This document shows, piece by piece, positions 53,801-64,000 of a stretch of DNA of 64,000 bases (its first letter is position 1; every line of letters begins with the position of its first letter). The notes under the pieces are model-generated. The model was not told the origin of the DNA. It saw only the letters and a list, made by a program, of their open reading frames with translations, and made no database searches. The stretch lies in assembly GCF_009914755.1 (NCBI RefSeq), contig NC_060946.1. One strand, 5' to 3'. The stretch is from the human T2T-CHM13v2.0 reference genome, Homo sapiens. The translations under genes were made by a program, and so were the position numbers.

Positions 53801-56800
53801 GCTCTGCTTCAAGGGGCCTTGTCACATATCTCTGCACTGATCACCCAGGTGATGTAACTCTTGTCTAGGCTCTGCTTCCAGGGCATATTGTGACATATCT
53901 ATGCACTGATCACTTTAGTGGTGTAACACTTTGGTAGGCTCGGCCTACAGGGGAATCTTGACATATCTCTGCACTGTTAACCGAGGTGATTTAACTCTTG
54001 TCTAGGCTGTGCCCACAGGGGGATTGAGACATATCTCTGCACTGATCCCGAGGTGATACAACTCTTGCCTGGTCTCTGCCTACTGTGGATATTGAGACAT
54101 ATCTCTGCACTGATCTCCCAGGTGCTGTAACTTTAGTCTAGGCTCTGGCTACACGGCATTGTGACATATCACTGCACTGATCACCCAGGCGATATATCTC
54201 TTCTCTAGGATCTGACCACAGGGTGCTTTTTGACATATCCCTTCAATGATCACCCAGGTGATATACCACTTGCCAAGGCTCTGCCTTCAGGGGCATTGCA
54301 ATGTATCTCTGCACTGATCACCTAGGTCTTGTAGCTATTTTCTAGGATCTGCCTACAGGGTGCTTTGTGACGTGTCCCAGCAAGGATTACCCAGGTGATG
54401 TACCTCTCATCAAGGCTCTGCCTACAGGCACATTGTGATGTATCTCTGCACTGATCACCTCGGTCATGTAACTTTTTTCTAGGCTCTACCTACGATGGCA
54501 TTGTGACATAACTCTGCACTAATCATCCAAGTGATGTAACTCTTGTCTAGGATGTGCCTAAATTAACTTTTTGAGATAACCCTGTACTGATCATCCAGGT
54601 GTTGGAGCTTTTGTCTAGGCTCTGCCTAAGGGGGCATTGTGACATATTTCTGCATTGATCACCCAGGTGGCGAACTCTTCTCTCGGATCTGCCTATGGGG
54701 GCATTGTGAGAAATCTCTGCACTGATCACCCAGGTGATGTAACTGTTGTGTAACCTCTGCCTACAGGGGAATTGTGAGAGATCTCGTCACTGATTACCCA
54801 AGTGATGTAACCATTGTCTAGGCTTTGCGTACAGGGGGCTTTGTGACATAGCTTTGCACTGATCACCCAGGTGATGTAACACATCTAAGTTCTGCCTAAA
54901 GGAGCTTTGTGACATATCTCTGCACTGATCACTTAGGTGATGTAACACTTTTATAATCACTGCCTGCAGGGAATTTTGACAAATGTCTGCACTGATCACC
55001 TAGGTTATGTAACTCTTGTCTACCCTCTGTCCAACGGGGCATTGTGAAATATCTCTGCACTGATCACCCAGGTGATTCAACTCTTGACTAGGAACTGCCT
55101 ACAGAGGTTATTGTGAAATATCTCTGCACTGATAAAATAGGTGGTGTAACCCTTGTCCAAGCTCTGCCTCCAGGGGCGTTTCCACATATCCCTGAACTGA
55201 TGACAAAGGTGATGTAACTCTTGCCTAGGCTTTGCCTACAAGGAACATTGGACATATATCTGCACTGATCACCCATTTGATGCAACTCTTGCCTAGGCTT
55301 TGCCTACAGGGGACATCGGGACATATCTCTTCAATGATCACTCCTGTGATGCATCTCTTGCCTAGGCTTTGCCTACAGGGGACATTGTGACATATCTCTG
55401 CACTGATCTCCCAGGTGCTGTAACTTTAGTCTAGGCTCTGGCTACACGGCATTGTGACCTACCTCTGCACTGATCACCCAGGTGATATAACTCTTCTCTA
55501 GGATCTGCCTACAGGGTACTTTGTGACATATCCCTGCACTGATCACCCAGGTGATCTAACTCTGGTCTAAGCTCTGCCTAAAGGGGCATTGTGACAGATC
55601 TCTACACTGATCACTCTGGTGATGTAAGTATTGTCTAGGCTCTGCTTCAAGGGGCCTTGTCACATATCTCTGCACTGATCACCCAGGTGATGTAACACTT
55701 GTCTAGGCTCTGCTTCCAGGGCATATTGTGACATATCTATGCACTGATCACCTTAGTGATGTAACACTTTGGTAGGCTCGGCCTACAGGGGAATCTTGAC
55801 ATATCTCTGCACTGTTAACCGAGGTGATTTAACTCTTGTCTAGGCTGTGCCCACAGGGGGATTGAGACATATCTCTGCACTGATCCCGAGGTGATACAAC
55901 TCTTGCCTGGTCTCTGCTTACTGTGGATATTGTGACATATCTCTGCACTGATCTCCCAGGTGCTGTAACTTTAGTCTAGGCTCTGGCTACACGGCATTGT
56001 GACATATCACTGCACTGATCACCCAGGCGATATAACTCTTCTCTAGGATCTGACCACAGGGTGCTTTGTGACATATCCCTGCAATGATCACCCAGGTGAT
56101 ATACCACTTGCCAAGGCTCTGCCTACAGGGGCATTGCAATGTATCTCTGCACTGATCACCTAGGTCTTGTAGCTATTTTCTAGGATCTGCCTACAGGGTG
56201 CTTTGTGACGTGTCCCAGCAAGGATTACCCAGGTGATGTACCTCTCATCAAGGCTCTGCCTACAGGCACATTGTGATGTATCTCTGCACTGATCACCTCG
56301 GTCATGTAACTTTTTCTAGGCTCTACCTACGATGGCATTGTGACATATCTCTGCACTAATCATCCAAGTGATGTAACTCTTGTCTAGGATGTGCCTAAAT
56401 TAACTTTTTGACATAACCCTGTACTGATCATCCAGGTGATGGAGTTTTGTCTAGGCTCTGCCTAAGGGGGCATTGTGACATATTTCTGCATTGATCACCC
56501 AGGTGGCGAACTCTTCTCTCGGATCTGCCTATGGGGGCATTGTGAGAAATCTCTGCACTGATCACCCAGGTGATGTAACTGTTGTGTAACCTCTGCCTAC
56601 AGGGGAATTGTGAGAGATCTCGTCACTGATTACTCAAGTGATGTAACCATTGTCTAGGCTTTGCGTAGAGGGGGCTTTGTGACATACCTTTGCACTGATC
56701 ACCCAGGTGATGTAACACATCTAAGTTCGGCCTAAAGGAGCTTTGTGACATATCTCTGCACTGATCACTTAGGTGATGTAACACTTTTATAATCACTGCC

Positions 56801-58220
56801 TACAGGGAATTTTGACAAATCTCTGCACTGATCACCTAGGTGATGTAACTCTTGTCTACCCTCTGTCCAACGGGGCATTGTGAAATATCTCTGCACTGAT
56901 CACCCAGGTGATTCAACTCTTGACTAGGAACTGCCTACAGAGGTTATTGTGAAATATCTCTGCACTGATAAACTAGGTGGTGTAACCCTTGTCCAAGCTC
57001 TGCCTACAGGGTCGTTTCCACATATCCCTGAACTGATGACAAAGGTGATGTAACTCTTGCCTAGGCTTTGCCTACAGGGAACATTGGACATATATCTGCA
57101 CTGATCACCCAGGTGATGCAACTCTTGCCTAGTGTTTGCCTACAGGGGACATTGTGATATATCTCTTCAATAATCACTCATGTGATGCATCTCTTGCCTA
57201 GGCTTTGCCTACAGGGGACATTGTGACATATCTCTGCACTGATCTCCCAGGTGCTGTAATTTTAGTCTAGGCTCTGGCTACACGGCATTGTGACCTACCT
57301 CTGCACTGATCACCCAGGTGATATAACTCTTCTCTAGGATCTGCCTACAGGGTACTTTGTGACATATCCCTGCACTGATCACCCAGGTGATTTAACTCTG
57401 GTCTAAGCTCTGCCTAAAGGGGCATTGTGACAGATCTCTGCACTGATCACTCTGGTGATGTAAGTATTGTCTAGGCTCTGCTTCAAGGGGCCTGGTCACA
57501 TATCTCTGCACTGATCACCCAGGTGATGTAACTCTTGTCTAGGCTCTGCTTCCAGGGCATATTGTGACATATCTATGCACTGATCACCTTAGTGATGTAA
57601 CACTTTGGTAGGCTCGGCCTACAGGGGAATCTTGACATATCTCTGCACTGTTAACCGAGGTGATTTAACTTTTGTCTAGGCTGTGCCCACAGGGGGATTG
57701 AGTCATATCTCTGCACGGATCCCGAGGTGATACAACTATTGCCTGGTCTCTGCCTACTGTGGACATGGTGACATATCTCTGCACTGATCTCCCAGGTGCT
57801 GTAACTTTAGTCTAGGCTCTGGCTACACGGCATTGTGACATATCACTGCACTGATCACCCAGGCGATATAACTCTTCTCTAGGATATGACCACAGGGTGC
57901 TTTGTGACATATCCCTGCAATGATCACCCAGGTGATATACCACTTGCCTAGGCTCTGCCTACAGGGGCATTGCAATGTATCTCTGCACTGATCACCTAGG
58001 TCTTGTAGCTATTTTCTAGGATCTGCCTACAGGGTGCTTTGTGACGTGTCCCAGCAAGGATTACCCAGGTGATGTACCTCTCATCAAGGCTCTGCCTACA
58101 GGCACATTGTGATGTATCTCTGCACTGATCACCTCGGTCATGTAACTTTTTTCTAGGCTCTACCAACGATGGCATTGTGACATATCTCTGCACTAATCAT
58201 CCAAGTGATGTAACACTTGT
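50802..58220 (+). repeat. M/N-fusion HOR units of 1838, 1907 (monomer O duplicated), 1837 and 1837 bp
   Basis: Anchors at 50802, 52640, 54547, 56384, 58221. Monomer O occurs twice, at 53565 and 53634. 1-bp deletions at ~56311 and ~56444. Confidence 0.9.
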
Positions 58221-61200
58221 CTAGGATGTGCCTAAATTAACTTTTTGACATAACCCTGTACTGATCATCCAGGTGATGGAGCTTTTGTCTAGGCTCTGTC
58301 TAAGGGGGCATTGTGACAAAGTTCTGCATTGATCACCCAGGTGGCGAACTCTTCTCTCGGATCTGCCTATGGGGGCATTGTGAGAAATCTCTGCACTGAT
58401 CACCCAGGTGATGTAACTGTTGTGTAACCTCTGCCTACAGGGGAATTGTTTGAGATCTCGTCACTGATGACCCAAGTGATGTAACCATTGTCTAGGCTTT
58501 GCGTACAGGGGGCTTTGTGACATACCTTTGCTCTGATCACCCAGGTGATGTAACACATCTAAGTTCGGCCTAAAGGAGCTTTGTGACATATCTCTGCACT
58601 GATCACTTAGGTGATGTAACACTTTTATAATCACTGCCTACAGGGAATTTTGACAAATCTCTGCACTGATCACCTAGGTGATGTAACTCTTGTCTACCCT
58701 CTGTCCAACGGGGCATTGTGAAATATCTCTGCACTGATTACCCAGGTGATTCAACTCTTGACTAGGAACTGCCTACAGAGGTTATTGTGAAATATCTCTG
58801 CACTGATAAACTAGGTGGTGTAAACCTTGTCCAAGCTCTGCCTACAGAGGCGTTTCCACATATCCCTGAACTGATGACAGAGGTGATGTAACTCTTGCCT
58901 AGGCTTTGCCTACAGGGAACATTGGACATATATCTGCACTGATCACCCAGGTGATGCAACTCTTGCCTAGGCTTTGCCTACAGGGGATATTGTGACATAT
59001 CTCTTCAATGATCACTCATGTGATGCATCTCTTGCCTAGGCTTTGCCTACAGGGGACATTGTGACATATCTCTGCACTGATCTCCCAGGTGCTGTAACTT
59101 TAGTCTAGGCTCTGGCTACACGGCATTGTGACATATCACTGCACTGATCAACCAGGTGATATAACTCTTGTATAGGCTCTGCCTACAGGGGGATTGTGAC
59201 CCACCTCTGCACTGAACACCCAATGATATAACTCTTCTCTAAGATCTGCCTACAGGGTACTTTGTGATATATCCCTGCACTGATCACCCAGGTGATCTAT
59301 CTCTGGTCTAAGCTCTGCCTAAAGGGGCATTGTGACAGATCTCTGCACTGATCACTCAGGTGATGTAAGTATTGTCTAGGCTCTGCTTCAAGGGGCCTTG
59401 TCACATATCTCTGCACTGATCACCCAGGTGATGTAACTCTTGTCTAGGCTCTGCTTCCAGGGCATATTGTGACATATCTATGCACTGATCACCTTAGTGA
59501 TGTAACACTTTGGTAGGCTCCCCCTACAGGGGAATCTTGACATATCTCTGCACTGTTAACCGAGGTGATTTAACTATTGTCTAGGCTGTGCCCACAGGGG
59601 GATTGAGACATATCTCTGCACTGATCCCGAGGTGATACAACTCTTGCCTGGACTCTGCCTACTGTGGACATTGTGACATATCTCTGCACTGATCTCCCAG
59701 GTGCTGTAACTTTAGTCTAGTCTCTGGCTACACGGCATTGTGACATATCACTGCACTGATCACCCAGGCGATATAACTCTTCTCTAGGATCTGACCACAG
59801 GGTGCTTTGTGACATATCCCTGCAATGATCACCCAGGTGATATACCACTTGCCAAGGCTCTGCCTACAGGGGCATTGCAATGTATCTCTGCACTGATCAC
59901 CTAGGTCTTGTAGCTATTTTCTAGGATCTGCCTACAGGGTGCTTTGTGACGTGTCCCAGCAAGGATTACCCAGGTGATGTACCTCTCATCAAGGCTCTGC
60001 CTACAGACACATTGTGATGTATCTCTGCACTGATCACCTAGCTCATGTAACTTTTTTCTAGGCTCTACCTACGATGGCATTGTGACATATCTCTGCACTA
60101 ATCATCCAAGTGAAGTAACTCTTGTCTAGGATGTGCCTAAATTAACTTTTTGACATAACCCTGTACTGATCATCCAGGTGATGGGGCTTTTTTCTAGGCT
60201 CTGCCTAAGGGGGCATTGTGACATATTTCTGCCTTGATCACCCAGGTGGCGAACTCTTCTCTCGGATCTGCCTATGGGGGCATTGTGAGAAATCTCTGCA
60301 CTGATCACCCAGGTGATGTAACTGTTGTGTAACCTCTGCCTACAGGGGACTTGTGAGAGATCTCGTCACTGATTACCCAACTGATGTAACCGTTGTCTAG
60401 GCTTTGCGTACAGGGGGCTTTGTGACATACCTTTGCACTGATCACCCAGGTGATGTAACACATCTAAGTTCGTCCTAAAGGAGCTTTGTGACATATCTCT
60501 GCACTGATCAATTAGGTGATGTAACACTTTTATAATCACTGCCTACAGGGAATTTGACAAATCTCTGCACTGATCACCTAGGTGATGTAACTCTTGTCTA
60601 CCCTCTGTCCAACGGGGCATTGTGAAATATCTCTGCACTGATCGCCCAGGTGATTCAACTCTTGACTAGGAACTGCCTACAGAGCTTATTGGGAAATATC
60701 TCTGCACTGATAAACTAGGTGGTGTAACACTTGTCCAAGCTCTGCCTACAGGGGCGTTTCCACATATCCCTGAACTGATGACAGAGGTGATGTAACCCTT
60801 GCCTAGGCTTTGCCTACAGGGGACATTGTGACATATCTCTTCAATGATCACTCATGTGATGCATCTCTTGCCCAGGATTTGCCTACAGGGGACATTGTGA
60901 CATATCTCTGCACTGATCTCCCAGGTGCTGTAACTTTAGTCTAGGCTCTGGCTACACGGCATTGTGACATATCACTGCACTGATCAACCAGGTGCTATAA
61001 CTCTTGTATAGGCTCTGCCTACAGGGGGATTGTGACCTACCTCTGCACTGATCACCCAGGTGATATAACTCTTCTCTAGGATCTGCCTACAGGGTTCTTT
61101 GTGACATATCCCTGCACTGATCACCCAGGTGATCTAACTCTGCTCTAAGCTCTGCCTAAAGGGGCATTGTGACAGATCTCTGCACTGATCACTTAGGTGA

Positions 61201-64000
61201 TGTAAGTATTTTCTAGGCTCTGCTTCAAGGGGCCTTGTCACATATCTCTGCACTGATCACCCTGGTGATGTAACTCTTGTCTAGGCTCTGCTTCCAGGGC
61301 ATATTGTGACATATCTATGCACTGATCACCTTAGTGATGTAACACTTCGGTAGGCTCGGCCTACAGGGGAATCTTGACATATCTCTGCACTGTTAACCGA
61401 GGTGATTTAACTCTTGTCTAGGCTGTGCCCACAGGGGGATTGAGACATATCTCTGCACTGATCCCGAGGTGATACAACTCTTCCCTGGTCTCTGCCTACT
61501 GTGGACATTGTGACATATCTCTGCACTGATCTCCCAGGTGCTGTAACTTTAGTCTAGGCTCTGGCTACACGGCATTGTGACATATCACCGCACCGATCAC
61601 CCAGGCGATATAACTCTTCTCTAGGATCTGACCACAGGGTGCTTTGTGACGTATCCCTGCAATGATCACCCAGGTGATATACCACTTGCCAAGGCTCTGC
61701 CTACAGGGGCATTGCAATGTATCTCTGCACTGATCACCTAGGTCTTGTAGCTATTTTCTAGGATCTGCCTACAGGGTGCTTTATGACGTGTCCCAGCAAA
61801 GATTACCCCGGTGATGTACCTCTCATCATGGCTCTGCCTACAGGCACATTGTGATGTATCTCTGCACTGATCACCTAGGTCATGTAACTTTTTTCTAGGC
61901 TTTACCTACGATGGCATTGTGACATATCTCTGCACTAATCATCCAAGTGATGTAACTCTTGTCTAGGATGTGCCTAAATTAACTTTTTGACATAACCCTG
62001 TAGTGATCATCCAGGTGATGGGGCTTTTTTCTAGGCTCTGCCTAAGGGGGCATTGTGACATATTTTTTCATTGATCACCCAGGTGGCGAACTCTTCTCTC
62101 AGATCTGCCTATGGGGGCATTGTGAGAAATCTCTGCACTGATCACCCAGGTGATGTAACTGTTGTGTAACCTCTGCCTACAGGGGAATTGTGAGAGATCT
62201 CGTCACTGATTACCCAAGTGATGTAACCGTTGTCTAGGCTTTGCGTACAGGGGGCTTTGTGACATACCTTTGCACTGATCACCCAGGTGATGTAACACAT
62301 CTAAGTTCGGCCTAAAGGAGCTTTGTGACATATCTCTGCACTGATCACTTAGGTGATGTAACACTTTATAATCACTGCCTACAGGGAATTTGACAAATCT
62401 CTGCACTGATCACCTAGGAGATGTAACTCTTGTCTACCCTCTGTCCAACGGGGCATTGTGAAATATCTCTGCACTGATCGCCCAGGTGATTCAACTCTTG
62501 ACTAGGAACTGCCTACAGAGGTTATTGTGAAATATCTCTGCACTGATAAACTAAGTGGTGTAACACTTGTCCAAGCTCTGCCTACAGGGGCGTTTCCACA
62601 TATCCCTGAACTGATGACAGAGGTGATGTAACTCTTGCCTAGGCTTTGCCTACAGGGAATATTGGATATATAGCTGCACTGATCACCCAGGTGATGCAAC
62701 TCTTGCCTAGGTTTGCCTACAGGGGACATTGTGACATATCTCTTCAATGATCACTCATGTGATGCAACTCTTGCCTAGGCTTTGCCTACCGGGGTCATTG
62801 TGACATATCTCTGCACTGATCTCCCAGGTGCTGTAACTTTAGTCTAGGCTCTGTCTACACGGCATTGTGACATATCACTGCACTGATCAACCAGGTGCTA
62901 TAACTCTTGTATAGGCTCTGCCTACAGGGGGATTGTGACCTACCTCTGCACTGATCACCCAGGTGATATAACTCTTCTCTAGGATCTGCCTACAGGGTAC
63001 TTTGTGACATATCCCTGCACTGATCACCCAGGTGATCTAACTCTGCTCTAAGCTCTGCCTAAAGGGGCATTGTGACAGATCTCTTCACTGATCACTTACG
63101 TGATATAAGTATTTTCTAGGCTCTGCTTCAAGGGTCCTTGTCACATATCTCTGCACTGATCACCCAGGTGATGTAACTCTTGTCTAGGCTCTGCTTCCAG
63201 GGCATATTGTGACATATCTATGCACTGATCACCTTAGTGATGTAACACTTTGGTAGGCTCGGCCTACAGGGGAATCTTGACATATCTCTGCACTGTTAAC
63301 CGAGGTGATTTAACTCTTGTCTAGGCTGTGCCCACAGGGGGATTGAGACATATCTCTGCACTGATCCCGAAGTGATACAACTCTTGCCTGGTCTCTGCCT
63401 ACTGTGGACATTGTGACATATCTCTGCACTGATCTCCCAGGTGCTGTAATTTTAGTCTAGGCTCTGGCTACGGCAGTGTGACATATCACTGCACTGATCA
63501 CCCAGGCGATATAACTCTTCTCTAGGATCTGACCACAGGGTGCTTTGTGACATATCCCTGCAATGATCACCCAGGTGATATACCACTTGCCAAGGCTCTG
63601 CCTACAGGGGCATTGCAATGTATCTCTGCACTGATCACCTAGGTCTTGTAGCTATTTTCTAGGATCTGCCTACAGTGTGCTTTGTGACGTGTCCCAGCAA
63701 GGATTACCCAGGTGATGTACCTCTCATCAAGGCTCTGCCTACAGGCACATTGTGATGTATCTCTGCACTGATCACCTAGGTCATGTAAATTTTGTCTAGG
63801 CTCTACCTACGTTGGCATTGTGACATATCTCTGCACTAATCATCCAAGTGATGTAACTCTTGTCTAGGATGTGCCTAAATTAACTTTTTGACATAACCCT
63901 GTACTGATCCTACAGGTGATGGAGCTTTTGTCTAGGCTCTGCCTAAGGGAGCATTGTGACATATTTCTGCATTGATCACCCAGGTGGCGAACTCTTCTCT
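58221..64000 (+). repeat. Right-flank N-containing HOR units (1905, 1837 with J/K fusion, 1901 bp), more diverged
   Basis: Anchors at 58221, 60126, 61963, 63864. Monomer N is retained in each unit. Several 1-2 bp deletions. J/K fused monomer at 60777-60845. Confidence 0.9.

Larger units (their letters stand above)
1..64000 (+). repeat. Beta satellite (68-bp Sau3A / BSR-Beta) tandem array, ~940 monomers, single orientation
   Basis: Continuous ~68-bp period with the recurring core TGCACTGATCACCCAGGTGATGTAACTCTTGTCTAGGCTCTGCCTACAGGGG..ATTGTGACATATCTC and a GATC (Sau3A) site in most monomers. Matches the primate beta-satellite consensus as I recognise it. No interruption or inversion seen. Confidence 0.96.

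Noticed and set aside
913-62747. ~70 short minus-strand ORFs (60-81 aa; MISAEISHNAP..., MHHLGDQCR...) recurring once per HOR
   Set aside because: They are translations of the 68-bp monomer in rotating frames (WVISAEIC / HHLGDQCR / MQRYVT motifs). They are opened and closed by random SNVs and frameshifts, with no domain resemblance or gene context. Useful only as period markers.
1-64000. CRISPR-like look: conserved, partly palindromic TGCACTGATCACCCAGGTGAT core separated by variable ~40-bp stretches
   Set aside because: The intervening stretches are homologous diverged copies of each other, not unique spacers. They recur in HOR order, there is no leader or cas gene, and the sequence is a recognised primate satellite.
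1-64000. Alpha satellite / CENP-B boxes or D4Z4/LSau-associated unique sequence
   Set aside because: The period is 68 bp, not 171 bp. I noticed no TTCG....A..CGGG box and no GC-rich D4Z4/DUX4-like or LSau segment.
1-64000. Inversions or mobile-element insertions within the array
   Set aside because: Every anchor interval is explained by whole numbers of + strand monomers plus or minus a few bp. No reverse-complement monomers, poly-A tails or target-site duplications were seen.

Overview
The whole 64 kb window is one uninterrupted, single-orientation tandem array of ~68-bp primate beta satellite (Sau3A/BSR-Beta family). Consensus: GATCACCCAGGTGATGTAACTCTTGTCTAGGCTCTGCCTACAGGGGCATTGTGACATATCTCTGCACT. 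I see no genes, RNA genes, transposons, CRISPR arrays or unique sequence, and the listed ORFs are repeat artefacts. The monomers form a higher-order repeat (HOR) of 28 distinguishable monomers (1906 bp), labelled here A-Z, AA, AB. A derived 27-mer (1838 bp) arises by fusion of monomers M and N. An anchor (CTAGGAT[G/A]TGCCTAAATTAAC, with single-base variants) occurs 34 times: 767, 2673, 4579, 7642, 9480, 11318, 13839, 15677, 17583, 19420, then every 1838 bp to 46990, then 48896, 50802, 52640, 54547, 56384, 58221, 60126, 61963 and 63864. The interest is architectural: nested periodicity (68 > 1838 > 3676 > 7352 bp), a constant-length homogeneous core flanked on both sides by older and mutually related 28-mers (layered expansion), whole-monomer structural variants (45-mer, 37-mer, an O-duplication 28-mer, an independent J/K-fusion 27-mer), SNV haplotypes shared between units tens of kb apart, and a conserved dyad/E-box core in the monomers. 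Species and chromosome cannot be fixed from the sequence alone; human or great-ape pericentromeric or acrocentric short-arm heterochromatin is likely. All variant calls were read by eye. I found no evidence of a novel protein-coding system.
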